A stretch of 64,000 nucleotides of DNA from Octopus sinensis (taxonomy: Eukaryota). The notes under the pieces are model-generated. The model was given only the letters and a program-made list of their open reading frames with translations, searched no databases and was not told where the DNA came from. Location of the stretch: NCBI RefSeq assembly GCF_006345805.1, contig NC_043011.1, positions 54,758,464 through 54,822,463 of the forward strand, in the 5' to 3' direction. The position numbers were made by a program, and so were the translations under genes. Of this stretch, positions 1-12,786 are shown in pieces. How positions within the stretch are numbered: position 1 is the stretch's first letter; every line of letters starts with the position of its first letter.

Positions 1-689
1 CAGGCTCCTATTTGATCTGGCAGAGTTTCTACAGCTGGATGCCCTTTCTAACGCCAACCACTCCGAGACTGTAGTGGGTGCCTTTACGTGCCACCGGCAC
101 GAGGGCCAGTCAGGAGGTACGACAAATTCAAGCTGAAAGTCAATCACATTGACTTGCAGTGTTTCAGGCTTCAAGAGAAATTCTATGTTTAGACATGGAC
201 TCAATGAAAACCAATATTAAAGAAATGACTAATGTTGACTGCGATTGCTGTGTGATAGAAATATATCTTTTATGGGATTGAATCATTTTGCTAAAATAAC
301 ACTTACACTAACTTCAATATAGCCATGGTGAAGGCATATAGCCTAGTGGTTTGGGTGCTGCATTCATGATTGCTTGATCATGGTTTCAATTCTCTTCTGG
401 GTGGTGCATTGTGTTTTTCAACAAAACAGTTCATTTTACACTGTTCCATCATCATCATCATCATCGTTTAACGTCCGCTTTCTATGCTAGCATGGGTTGG
501 ACGATTTTGACTGTGGGCTGGCGAACCAGATGGCTGCACCAGGCTCCAATCTTGATTTGGCAGAGTTTCTACAGCTGAATGCCCTTCCTAACACCAACCA
601 CTCTGAGAGTGTAGCGGGTGCTTTTACGTGCCACCTGCACGAGGGCCAGTAAGGCGGTACTGGCAGCAGCCATGCTCAAATGGTGCAAG

Positions 690-1100
690 AAAAAAAATGG
701 GTTCCTTATGACCTTTGGGGGTCCATGTAAGATTTTCTTATTCAAATTTATGTGCAATAAATTGATTATATTTCTGAAATGCGCAAAATAGTTTAACACT
801 TTTTTTTATACAATTGGCGTTAGGAATGGCATCCAACTGAAGAAACCATACCAAATCAGACTGGAACCAGGTGCAGCTCTCCGACTTACCAGTTCCAGTC
901 AAACCGTGCTACCCATGCCAGCATGGAAAGCAGACGCTAAATGATGATGGTGGTGGTGGTGGTGATTATGAATACCTAATGATATTTAATTATAAAATTA
1001 CAATAGGATTTTTTAAAACACTGAATGGCTATGGGGGTCCACCTGAGTGAAATAGAAATGAAAGGGGGTCCGTAGGTAAAAAATGGTCAAGAACCCCTGC
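690..1100. mobile_element. hAT (Charlie-type) non-autonomous fragment interrupted by a SINE
   Basis: Repeated gggggtcc subterminal motifs and terminal ggtcaagaacccctg. Other hAT-like termini at ~40962 (cagggccggtttaag) and ~48350. Confidence 0.5.
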
Positions 1101-1269
1101 TCTAGTCCAGTCAGCTGTAAACAAGTATCCCTGTGATAGACTGTGTCCTGTTCAAGAAGAATGTTCTGGTTGCATTCAATATGCCATGCTAACTTGGTAA
1201 CTGATCCTCTGAGACATGGGACTCTAGACAGTAATATCCAAGGGGTTGATGACTGTGAGGAATATCTCC

Positions 1270-1610
1270 TTTTAGATGCCATGTCCAGAATGTAGGACAT
1301 TGGCACTCATACCCTGCCATGATTCCGTGTTCTTTGTTTTCTATAAGTTTCATTTCCTGATGGTTAATGCCTGTTTCTTCCAACCAGTTTCTCAACCTTG
1401 ACATCCCTATCATCCTTCCCCTTTTCCTTGTGTTCCCTTCAGTCTTTCTTGCCATCATTAAATTCTCCAGGCCCTCTTCTTCACCACATGACCAAGGAAT
1501 CTTAGTTGCTTGGCCCTTGACTCACAAAGCAGTTTCCTACGTACTACAGCCCAGTCTCATCACTTCTTCATTAGACACTGTCTGTACATGCTAACCTCAA
1601 TATTTCCTTA
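1270..1610 (-). mobile_element. RTE-clade LINE 3' fragment
   Basis: Frameshifted VSNEEVMR...KQLRFLGHVV..EGLENLMMARKTEGNTRKRGR, a typical RTE C-terminus. Confidence 0.7.
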
Positions 1611-2231
1611 CTGCTAGTAGGGTGCTAAGAGCACCATCCAAGCATGATCGTTGCCAGAGTGGCTAACTGGCTTCCGTGCCAGTGGCATGTAGGAGGCACC
1701 ATTTGAGCGGGATTGTTACCAGCATCGCCTTACTGGCACCTGTGCCATTGGCATGTGTAAAAAAATTGAGCGAGGTCATTGCCAGTACCGCCTGACTGGC
1801 CCCTGTGCCGGTGGCATGTAAAAGCTCCCACTACACTCTCGGAGTGGTTGGCGTTAGGAAGGGCATCCAGCTCTAGAAACTCTTGCCAGATCAAGACTGG
1901 AGCCTGGTGCAGCTATCTGGTTCGCCAGCCCACAGTCAAACCGTCCAACCCATGCTTGCATGGAAAGCGGACGTTAAACGATGATGATGATGATGACTAC
2001 CACATATCCTCTGGATGGGGAATATAGCCATGCCATTCTCCCCATTGTGCAATCCCTATAGTGTTGTAGTGAATGTTAACAGCCAAGTTTATGAGCAAGA
2101 TTTGATTTTTGTTTTAATCAGAATCCATTTTCTTGGAAAATGTAGGAATGACACAAACCTTCATTTCACGTCCTCTATAAAAATAACGGTTCATGACAGT
2201 TTTTTTTTTGTTTTTCTTTTTTGTCTTGTAG

Positions 2232-2518
2232 GTACCCTCATTGTGTCTGATATTTGGGCAGAATATCTGGAAATCGATCAAATCCAACAAGGCATATATA
2301 CTCATGAATTAATAGATTATAATGATTCAGAAGACACAGAAATCCACACCAGAAATATAGACAAGTTGTGGATAAGATTAAAGAAACAATTTCAAAGAAA
2401 ACATATCAAATTTCTATTTCAGTCTTTCTTAACGGAATTTACATGGAGAGCTCACTTTAAAAATACTGACAAATTTGCTGCTTTAATTTATTGTATAAAA
2501 CATTTGTATAAAGTTTAA
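2232..2518 (+). CDS. Terminal coding exon of a Merlin/IS1595 (ISXO2-like) DDE transposase-derived gene; upstream exons not found in the window
   Basis: Long polypyrimidine tract and AG (2230-2231), then phase-1 (G)GT. Translation GTLIVSDIWAEY...GIYTHELIDY...IHTRNIDKLWIRLKK...FQSFLTEFTWR...DKFAALIYCIKHLYKV* matches the Merlin C-terminal pattern (PGTxIxSDxWxxY...YxHxxVNH...HTxxIExxWxxxK...YLxEFxWR...F...I..LY). Stop TAA 2516-2518 overlaps AATAAA 2517-2522, followed by U-rich sequence. Confidence 0.8.
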
Positions 2519-2984
2519 TAAAGTTCTTGTTTTCTTTTTACTTGTAATTACTTTTAACCCATATATACCTCTGGTTGTGTTTTCGCAACGCAAAACCTGC
2601 TCTTACTTGTTTGGACATGAACTCACCAGGAAGCATCTGGCTGAGCTTATGAAATGTTCAGTGGGTGGTCGACACCTGTAGCTAACAGTTGCATACTGTC
2701 CTCCTCCTCCAGGTTGTAAAAGCTTACCATAATGTTTAATCCAAATACAGTGAAATTTTAAGACTTCATTTTTTTATGAGCATATATGGGTTCATTGTAG
2801 TTAACTATCGAGTCTCAGGTCATTTGTGAGATCTCTGATGAGTGCTACATGTAACATGGGATCCAGTACAATCTGCTACATGATCAACTCACTGGCAACT
2901 AAATTGGCACCCCTGTTAAGCTTGCCTGGTGAGGAAGATTGCTAGAACCCCAACAGGATTAAAAACAAGACCTGTCAAAAGGGG

Positions 2985-3503
2985 TGCTATGTCTTTTCAT
3001 CTGATGTATTTTTGTGTGATGATTTTTTTGTCCAATTTTAAATAAACTCTTTAGAAAACAAGGTGAAATATCTCTAATGATATATTCGCAGAACTATAAC
3101 AAGCCTTGTTACAAGATTGTTATTATTGTTCATTTTACTTCTTTTTCTTTCTCTCTCTTAAGTACAGTGCTGTGTATAGAGAGTGCTGCAAATTTTGTGT
3201 ACACATTTTTAATTTACCCATACCGAAATGACAAAGTTCATAGTATTGACCAAAAGCGAAAGAAAAGTAGTTGATGAAAGTAATTACATCTACAATTTTT
3301 ATTCATTTAAGTGATCATAATAAATCATTAGTTATATCTTATTACTTTTTAAAATACATTTTTCCACAGTATTTTACTTGAATCCTATCAGTAAAATTCT
3401 CAAAATATTTGATTTTCGTGTTCACCTTGTTTTTTAAAGAGTTTATTTAAAATTGGACAAGAAGATGTGGGGAAAGTGACATCGGACGAAAAGTCGGGTC
3501 ACG
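2985..3503. mobile_element. MITE with imperfect long terminal inverted repeats
   Basis: tccaattttaaataaactctttagaaaacaaggtgaa (3031-3067) is inverted at 3421-3458; outer cttttcatctgatgt pairs with acatcggacgaaaag. Confidence 0.65.
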
Positions 3504-4192
3504 GTCGAAAGGACAGATGAAACTGATGTAGGTTCAACAACTGTCTAACAATAGCACCATCCCTCAGAAATTATGGGTCGGTGTTTGACATGGTGGGAGA
3601 CCACTGGGAGTGAGGCACCCTTTAGCTTTTGTTAAAACATGTCTCCAGAACCCACTTCAAACCCTAGCTTTGTCTGCTCCAATAATCAGTGATAACTTGG
3701 TCAGTTAATCCTCTGGTCAACAATCGATGCTAAGATCAGCTGTTACAGATTACATTATCTCAAAGTGTGTATGCACATGATTAGGGACCACACGTGAACT
3801 TGTATCCTCACTAAAACTCTAACCCATAGGTTGGAGTTAACTCAACCCACCCCAGGTGAATGCCACAACTAGTGCAAGCAAGATGAACCTCAAAAACAAT
3901 AGAACCACTGCATGGTACCTTGGGCAAATGTCTTCTGCTGTGGCCCCAGACCATCCAAAACCTTGTGACAGAAACTGAAAGAAGCCGCTTTTACTTGTTT
4001 CAGTCATTTGACTGCAGCCATGCTAGAGCACTGCCCTTAGTCAAGCAAATTGACCCCAGAATTTATTCTTTGTAAGCCTAGTACTTATTCTATCGGTCTC
4101 TTTTGCCAAACCGCTAAGTTACGGGGGATGTAAACACAGCACCATTGGTTTTCAAGCGATGGTAGGGAGGACAAACATATACACACATATAC

Positions 4193-4223
<31 letters not shown>

Positions 4224-5643
4224 CGACGGGCTTCTTTCAATTTCCGTCTACAAAATTCACTCACAAGGCTTTGGTCGGCCTGAGGCTATAGTAGAAAACA
4301 CTTGCCCAAGATGCCACGCAGTGGGAATGAACCCGGAACCATGTGGTTGGTAAGCAAGCTACTTACCACACAGCCACTCGTACACACATTTGCGGAGAAT
4401 ACCGCTGTACTCTGTCCCTGAATGCAAGAGTCGATGTCCCATAAGGCTTTGAAGCAGTTCTGTAGGTGTTTTGACCTTTGCCCCACGACACCAGGGCTGG
4501 CTGGGGGCCACCCACTGATATATGACAAAACACTTGCCCAACAGCATGAGCTTTTATTGAGTCAGATGTTGCAGCTCTTTTGTTTAATACCAGGCTATTG
4601 AACAACCAGCTGTTTCTATCACCCTCAGTGCTCCTCTTGAGTCAAATGTAGTAGCTTGGTTCCTTGGTGGCTATGGACAATTTTCTAACAATGGTCTTTT
4701 CTTTCATTCAAACTTTTAATTGTAATTAACTTTTAAGCTTCAAAAATACCATACCTACTTAAAGAATCTTGGGAAAGTGTCTTATACTATGGCCTTAGGC
4801 CAGTCAAAATCTTGTGTCTGAAACTGAACAAAGCCCATTGTATGTGTATATGTGTGGACGTGCATGGCTTAGTGGTTAGGGTGTTGGACTCATGATTGTA
4901 AGATTGTGGTTTCGAATCCTGGACTGGATGACACATCGTGTTCTTGGACAAGACACTTCATTTCATGTTGCCCCAATCCACTCCCCTGGCAAAATTGAAT
5001 AATCCTGCGATGGACCAGTGCCCCATGCAGGTGGGGACAATCAAATGGAAATTGTAGTTGTGGTCCCCATGCTGGTGGCACATAAAAAAGCAAAATTCCG
5101 AACATGGTCGATGCCAACCCCTTCACCCCGATGGCTTCTGTGCCGGTGGCACGTAAAATGCACCATCCGAACGTGGCCGATACCAGCACCGCCTTGACTG
5201 TTGTCAACCTGCTTTAACTACTAAACTACTCACTACCACTATAGCCTTGTATACTGACTCAATCTACAAATGAAATCTGTAAGGTCAACACTCACCTTTT
5301 ATTCTTTCGGACTGGACGTTCCAAATCTTTACATTCTGAATTCAAATCCCTTTATGATCTACTTTATCCATTGTTTAATTTGGTGCCTTTAGTGGGGATC
5401 TGCTCTATTGCAAGATGTGAGACCAAGTCTCTCGTCTGATCATACCTTCCTCCTTTGTTTTCTCCCTTAGCATTAAATAGCTCAGCAGTGCAAGTATGAA
5501 TTTTCTGTGATTGAATCCTAAACATTAACTTTACTTGTTTTTGAACAATTTTACTGTAGCATAACCTGTTTTATATATATATATATATATAACCATCCGA
5601 TTTTCTGAGTACCTCATTTCTTCTAATATATATATATAAATAA

Positions 5644-5942
5644 CTAGCAGTATCGCCCGGCGTTGCTCGGATTTGTAAGGGAAATAACTGTATAAGCATT
5701 TTTAAAGAGTTACTTCCCTTATATAAACCGAGCAAAAATCATTAAAAATGCGCAAAAATGATGGTAAATTTTTTTTTAAATCGTAGACTCATCGTAGACG
5801 CGCGCTAATACCCAGAAGGGCTCGATATGAATCACGACTATAAGATACCCGCTTTTGGTTAAACTGCACCGCAAAATGTGAGAGTAGTTAGGAATCTAAA
5901 TCGGAGTAGACAGACACACAACTTCATTTTTATATATAAAGA
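5644..5942 (-). mobile_element. Non-autonomous Helitron
   Basis: Minus strand A|TCTTTATATATAAAAA...ccgagcaacgccgggcgatactgCTAG|T: 5' TC, subterminal GC-rich hairpin, 3' CTAG, A|T target, no TSD. Confidence 0.85.
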
Positions 5943-7530
5943 TATACTTCACAGTATGGGAAGCAACGAGCTGGCAAAATGTTCAGTGGCATTTCGTCTG
6001 TCTCCATGCTCTGTGTTCAAATTCCACCAGGATCAACTTTACCTTTCATCCCTTCGTGGTCGATAAAATAAGTATCAGTTGAATACTGGATTGTTGTAAC
6101 CTCCTTATCCCACCCCTAAGATTACTGGTACTACACTCTTGGAGTGGTTGGCGTTAGGAAGGGCATCCAGCTGTAGAAACTCTGCCAGATCAGATTGGAG
6201 CCTGGTGCAGCCATCTGGCTCGCCAGTCCTCAGTCAAACCGTCCAACCCATGCCAGCTTGGAAAGCGGACATTAAACGATGATGATGATAATGTGTTACT
6301 CTTTTACTCTTTTACTTGTTTCAGCCATCCGGCTGAGGCCATGCTGTGTGCACTTTTCTTGACATCATGTGATTGCTGTAAATGAGTGTCAGCTTCATAC
6401 ATGCGATGTTATTTATTTCCATCTTCTGTGCAAAAAAAAAGGCTCTGGTTATGGGAAAATACCACCTTGCTTGAAAGCAGGTAAGGGCTGACGATTGGAA
6501 GGGTATCCAACTGCGTAAAATCTACCTAAATAGATTCCATCTGCTCTATACAAGCATGGAAAAGTGGATGATAAATTATGGTGGTGGTGATACATATGAT
6601 ATTATTTGATAATCTCCAGGTTATAGGGTTTCTTGCTTTGATGGTATCGCCGTTGACTTCCTGAAACAACAAGTAAAGTTAAAGTTTAGAATTTGGTCAG
6701 AAAATTCATACTCACACTGCCGGCCGTCTTACTGCTAAGGGAAACAACTCTGTCTGGGCTTAATTGGTAATTTCAATGGTAAAATACTTCGTAATTATAA
6801 GAGTATAATTAAAAAAATTCCATGTTCCTGACCCTTAACACAGTTTCTGAGATTGGGACGAAGGTATCATCAAACCAGAGATTTGGTACACACAAATCTT
6901 GCAATAGAGCAAACACCGCCACTGGCACCAAATTCAATAATGAATTAAGTAGACTACAATGAGATTTGAACTCAGAATGTAAAGCGTTGGAACATCCGAT
7001 CCGAAAGGATGAAAGGTGAAGTTGATCTCGGCAGGATTTGGACTCAATGCGAAGAGAGTCGGAACAAACACTGTGAAGTATACTAATTTCAAATTTTGGC
7101 ACTGGGCCAGCAATTTTAGGGGTAGGGTAAGGAGATTACAACGATCCAGTATTCAACTGGTACTTATTTTATCGACCACGAAGGGATGAAAGGCAATGTT
7201 GATCCCGGTGGAATTTGAACACAGAGCATAAAGACAGACGAAATGCCTTCCATACTGTAAAGTATGTTATCCGATGTTTTAATGACTCTGTCAATTTGTC
7301 GTCTCTTACGGACGAGAGCAATTGTAATTTCTGCTTTATGCATATTTTCGATAAATCTATGCCCACTCACCCATCAAATCATTCATTCATTCATGCATAC
7401 ATACACACACACATGCATGCATACATACGTACGTACATGCGTGCGTGCATGCATACGAACGTGCGTACGTGCGTGCAGGCGAGCGTGCGTACATACGTGC
7501 GTGCGTACGTCTATTGGCAAGAAATCTATA

Positions 7531-8042
7531 TCTATATATATAAAACTGTAGTTGTGTGAGTGTCTGTCCCCTTCGATTTAGATTCCTAACTCCTCCCACA
7601 TTTTGCGGTGCAGTTTAACCAAATTCGGGTATCTTATAGTCGTGATTCATATCGAGCCCGTCTGACTATTAGCGCGCGTCAACGATGAGTCTACGATTTT
7701 AAAAATAATTTAACATCATTTTTTATTCCATTTTAATGCATAAAATGCATCGTATGTCGATGGCGGCGGAGTTGGCGTCCATGGTCACACCTGCACCTGT
7801 TTGCTTCTCCCCCTTCCCTCCCTCGTGAAGCTGTGGGGAAGGGAGCGTAAGGAAATCAACGTCGTAATGCGTTGTGAAGGAGACCAGCGTTCTTTTAGAA
7901 CAACGACTTCATGGCTTGAAGACACCAAAACAGAAATGGCTAAGAAAGCCCGAATTGGCATCTATAAGGGAAGTAACTCTCTAAAAATGCTTATATAGTT
8001 ATTTCCCTTACAAACCCGAGCAACGCCGGGCGATACTGCTAG
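7531..8042 (+). mobile_element. Non-autonomous Helitron (same family, longer interior)
   Basis: a|TCTATATATATAAAACTG...cccgagcaacgccgggcgatactgCTAG|t. Shares both ends with 5644-5942 and has extra internal sequence at ~7735-7965. Confidence 0.85.
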
Positions 8043-9561
8043 TCTTGAAATAAAACTGAACAACGGCATACATGCATTTCGTAAGATTGTGGTTTCGATC
8101 CCCCGAGCAGGCGATGCGTTAGGTTCTTGAGCAAAACACTTCATTTCACTTTGATATCTAACGTATGGCATACAGTGCATCTGTGCGGGCAATATCAATC
8201 TGGTGGATGTTATTGAATTACAGCTCAAACATTTAATTATTATTATTATAAACCATCTGTGCATGTTGTTGAGCCAGAAGTTGAGGAACTCTCATCTGTC
8301 GTTGGAGAGTTCTACATAAATAATGCAGTGAATAATCAGATTGCTGTGATTTTTGGAGGTTTTGTGTGGTTTTTAAAACCCATTTTATAGAATACTGGTT
8401 TTGAATTAAAAATAAGCCAAGACAAGACGATGCTGCTTAGTTCCAGATCAGTGTGATGTAACAAGCCTATGATCAGAGGGTTACCAGCCAGTTTCTTTCT
8501 TTTCTTTTAAAACATTCCTGCTTTAAGACAGTATGTTGTGATGTGAGGGGATTTGCTCCTTATATTCAGCAGTTCAAGCGACCACATAGACGCATTGTCA
8601 TGTCTGTAAAAGTTTTTTTCTTTTTGAGGTGAGTTGCTTATTGATTTACTGAAACTGGACATATATTTCTTCATTGCCCACAGGGGGACAAACAAAGAGA
8701 TTAAGTTGATTACATTGACCCCAGTGCGTAACTGGTACTTTATTTATCGACCCCGAAAGGATGAAAGGCAAAGTCAACCTCAGCGCTGGACATTAATATA
8801 AGAAGCAATCTAGTTATTGTTTCCGATTGTATGAAATTTAAATGGGTCACATTACATCTATCACCTGTATCATTCAGGTTGGCAAAAACTGTGAACGGAG
8901 CCGCCTTGAAAGCAGCGTGATTAATTTCAATTAGATTAATTAAATATATCCTGTCTAATAATTAACTCATTAAGGTGAGCTTTGATATTTATGGATAGCA
9001 TGTTGATCTACGAGTTTTAGGGTCTATGTTCCATTGCCTGCGTGTCTTATTTCTTCACTAACTACATTACACCATGAACTGGTTTCGCTCCCTAATTTGC
9101 TGAACAAGTTAAAATGTCTTTTAATGATCTTCAAATTGAAACTCAGTATTTGTTGGATTGTGATCACATCTCTCGTTGTACATTTTTCTATCATCCGTTG
9201 TGGACGGCCCTGATTTCTTAAGACTACAAACACACACTCACACACGTTTCTTTCTCAGACATCGGTCTTAAACAGTTTATCTTTTACTTTATTTACTCTT
9301 GTGCTGAGTGTACCAGATTTCACCAGAACGACTGTTAACAGTCATTACATAGTCTATATTTTTTCTACCTTACCTGGTACCTGTTAACAATATCAACATT
9401 CGTTAATATTAGAAATGAAAATATTTTAGTCTACAATACTTGTGCCACCTGGAAAGGACCCCAGGCATTCTAGTAGTAAGTAGAAAACCAATACGTATGG
9501 CATATTTTCTACACATGTAAACGTAATCTTGTGATATCAAGATGGCAAGCTGAACCAGACT

Positions 9562-10290
9562 ATGCTCACAGGCATTTCTAAGAATTCCCTTAGAAATAAT
9601 ATGGAGGATGTGAATTACTTGGAGTCTTGTAACAAGACACCCGTTTTCGACAGTGTAGGTTCAGTTACACAGACATGCAGCGGAGAGGAAGATTTACTTG
9701 ATAAAATGTTTATGAATCAAAGTTCAGTGGAGAAAGAAATTCCTGAATATAACTGTGAGAATTGTATGAAAGTATTCTCTTCAGAACATGAACTTTTCAC
9801 ACACCAAGAAATGCACAATAAGAAGAAACCGTACCACTGTGATATATGTGGAAAGTCTTTTGTGTATAACAGTGTTTTAACGAATCACAAGCGAATCCAT
9901 ACGGGAGAAAAACAATTTCACTGTGAAATTTGTGGAAAACCTTTTATTAATAATTCGGCTCTTGTTATCCACATACGTAGTCACACGGGGGAGAAACCAT
10001 ATCTTTGTGGAGTTTGTGGGAAATGTTTTGTTGATAGCAGTAATTTAACGAGACATAAACGAATCCATACAGGGGAAAACCCGTTCCATTGCGAAATTTG
10101 TGGAAAATCTTTTATTAATAATTCGGCTCTTGATATCCACATATGTAGTCACACAGGTGAGAAACCATATCTTTGTGAGATTTGTGGTAAATCGTTTGTT
10201 TCTAACAGCTATTTAAAAACACATAGCAGAGTACATACAGGAGTAAAACCCACATCGCTGTGGAATTTGTGGAAAATCTTTTGTACATAA
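9562..10290 (+). CDS. Open N-terminal part of the C2H2-ZNF gene (242 aa, 6 fingers) as assembled
   Basis: ORF track 9562..10290 with repeated YxCxxCGKxF...HxRxHTGEKP units. Start could also be the ATG at 9601. Confidence 0.6.
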   Translation: MLTGISKNSLRNNMEDVNYLESCNKTPVFDSVGSVTQTCSGEEDLLDKMFMNQSSVEKEIPEYNCENCMKVFSSEHELFTHQEMHNKKKPYHCDICGKSFVYNSVLTNHKRIHTGEKQFHCEICGKPFINNSALVIHIRSHTGEKPYLCGVCGKCFVDSSNLTRHKRIHTGENPFHCEICGKSFINNSALDIHICSHTGEKPYLCEICGKSFVSNSYLKTHSRVHTGVKPTSLWNLWKIFCT

Positions 10291-10529
10291 TAGTAAATTA
10301 ACACGACATAATCAAATACACACAGGAGGAAATTTTTTACACTGTGAAATTTGTGGCAAATCTTTCAGGGAGAATTCTAAATTGATAATCCACAGACGTA
10401 GTCACACTGGGGAGAAACCCTTTTGTTGTGACTTATGCGGAAAATCTTTTGTTACGAACAATAATTTATTAATTCACAAAAGAAAACACTCTGGTGAGAT
10501 ATTACTCCAGTGTGAAATATGTAAGAAAT

Positions 10530-10825
10530 AATAAATAATAATAATAAAACATTGTGTACAGTGCTCAGGTGCACTACAACTCATCTAAAGTGTATGTATA
10601 ATCAGGTGTAGTTTCGGCGGATTTCGGAAAGCATGAGGGCCTCAAAGGATGCAGTGTCATGGCAGTCAACAACTGCCGCAGGCAGTTTATTCCATGCTTC
10701 AGCAACTCTGAGCGTGAAAAAATGTTCCCGAAAGTCATGGGAGCTGTGTTGTTTTCTGACTTTGTAGGCATGTCCACGTGTGTTAGACACATGGAGATCA
10801 AAGAGGTGTTCAGTGTTGTTGTTGG
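10530..10825 (-). mobile_element. 5'-truncated CR1-clade LINE 3' end inserted in zinc finger 10
   Basis: Minus strand encodes TRGHAYKVRKQHSSHDFREHFFTLRVAEAWNKLPAAVV, the typical CR1 ORF2 C-terminus, then a short UTR and (TAT)n tail. Removing it restores aaa t|ct ttt gta (K-S-F-V). Confidence 0.85.
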
Positions 10826-12575
10826 CTTTTGTAAATAACTGGAATCTCCTTGTCCACAGTCGTAGTCACACAGGAGAAAAACCATTCCACTGTGAAATAT
10901 GGGGAAAATTCTTTGTTCAAAATTGTTGTCTTGTATTCCACAAACGAAAACATATTTCATTGTGAAGTCTGCAGTAAATCTTTTGTCAACAATAGTGATT
11001 TAAAAAGACATAAGAAAACACATGATGGAGGTAAACCTTTTAAATGTGAAGCATGAATCCTTTTCCAATCTTTGTGGTCAGCCAATAAGTACAAATTGAA
11101 GGTTTATCATGGTGAGATATGTTAGAAATGAGCGATTTGAAATTCTCGTCTTGTGTTCTGTAAATGTGCTCTCATTTTACAGGAACATTTTTACTAAACT
11201 ATTTAGGAAATTGTTATTTGTGTATTATCAACATCTAGGTGACAATTATATAAACATTAGACAAAAAAAAAAATCATCTATGTAACTGAAATATGTAGGG
11301 AGACCATTGTAAAATAAGTCAACGTACGTTGGTCTTATGTCATCTACGAATTCACCCTGGAGTAAGATCTGTTCACTGTTATTTGTTAATGAAATTTCTT
11401 AAAGAGAGAAACATTAATTATGACTAATAAAAACACAAATGTAAAATTTTATAATTGTGAAATTAGTTGCAAATTGTTCTTAATTTAAAGCTATGGCATT
11501 AACCGTAACACAATACTGCGTAGTTAAAAAGTTTGCTTGTCGACCTCACAGTGTTATCTTACATCTCAACTATATGTATTTCTTAACTACCCACAAGGGG
11601 CTAAACACAGAGGGAACAAACAAGGACAGACAAACGGATTAAGACGATTACATCGACCCCAGTGCATAACTGGTACTTAATTTATTGACCCTGAAAGGAT
11701 GAAAGGCAAAGTCGACCTCAGCGGAATTTGAACTCAGAACGTAAAGGCAGACGAAATACGGCTACGCATTTCACCCGGCGTGCTAACGCTTCTGCCAGCA
11801 TCTCAACTTATATGGCTTCAGGTTTGATCCCATTGTGTGTCATCTTGGGCAAGTGATTTCTACTTATAGCCCAAGGCCAACTAATGCTTTGTGAGGAAAT
11901 TTTGATGGATGAAAACTGAAAGAAGCCTCATGATCATGTTAAATGTGGTAATACATGATTATATTTTATTTAATGCTGCTTTGTGTAGCTCTAGTTATTT
12001 AATTCCTGATTGATCTAGCTTTATGCACATCAGTAAATATACTGTTTACTGTTCTTATAAGAACTATCATTTTTATAATGCTGCGAAAAACAAATTGATT
12101 AATCACAGCTGATGCTGTGGAATCACATGCATCCTAAGATGCAATGATGGTATTCATACTCCAACATGTTTCACACATTTTGTTTGTGAGGAGAATTTTC
12201 TCCCAGGACTATTTCTGCAAAAAAAAAGGTCTCTCCACATCGAGGTGTGCAAAAAAATGCACACGATTGTATATACACCTATGTACGTCTGCAAATGTTT
12301 ACAATCTGCAGTGTACTGAAATCAGTTTGTAGCTAAGCTGCGAGTGTAGATATCACTGTTTGTAGTCGAGCTGCAACTAATAAAATTTGTTGACATTTCC
12401 TGTCACCAATTTGTCCTCTTTAATCTACATTTTCAAATTCCACTGAAATTAAAATCTCCTTACTTGGAAATCAGGTTAGCCTTGGTGACAGAAAGAGCAT
12501 CTGGCTATAAAAACCCTGCCTCTAGTACCTGCCTGTCTAACCTTTACAAGCAGGAGAAAAGGTTAAACAAATGTA

Positions 12576-12786
12576 CGAGGGGGTGCTGAAAAGTTCCTGG
12601 CTTTAAAGGTATCGCGAAAGGCCTCTTTGGAGGCCCAAAATTCTGACTTCTTTTACAGGGCTTAAGAAAAACTGAAGAACCGCTGCAATAGGTGTGTGAA
12701 CCTGAGAGGGGAATACACTGAATAAAATCATAATTAACTGATCCTCCTGTATTTTTACCCAAAACCGAGAACTTTTCAGCATCACC

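Larger units (their letters stand above)
9562..11056 (+). pseudogene. Single-exon C2H2 zinc-finger gene (12 fingers reconstructable), disrupted or truncated
   Basis: ORF 9562-10290 holds 6 CxxC-12x-HxxxH fingers with TGEKP linkers. An extra C near 10250 (aaa ccc a cat cgc tgt) shifts frame, and fingers 7-9 continue in the new frame. Finger 10 is split by an insertion (10530-10825). Finger 11 has C>W and is followed by a ~14-nt linker deletion near 10953. Finger 12 ends KPFKCEA* at 11056. Confidence 0.9.

Noticed and set aside
2015-2231. N-terminal part of ORF 2015..2518
   Set aside because: Runs through a polypyrimidine tract (FFFVFLF); transposase similarity starts only after the AG at 2231, so this part is read as intron.
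4855-4930. Functional tRNA-Met gene (ctcatga loop, A/B boxes)
   Set aside because: No acceptor stem and it continues into a SINE body; it is a SINE head, as are the other tRNA-like heads.
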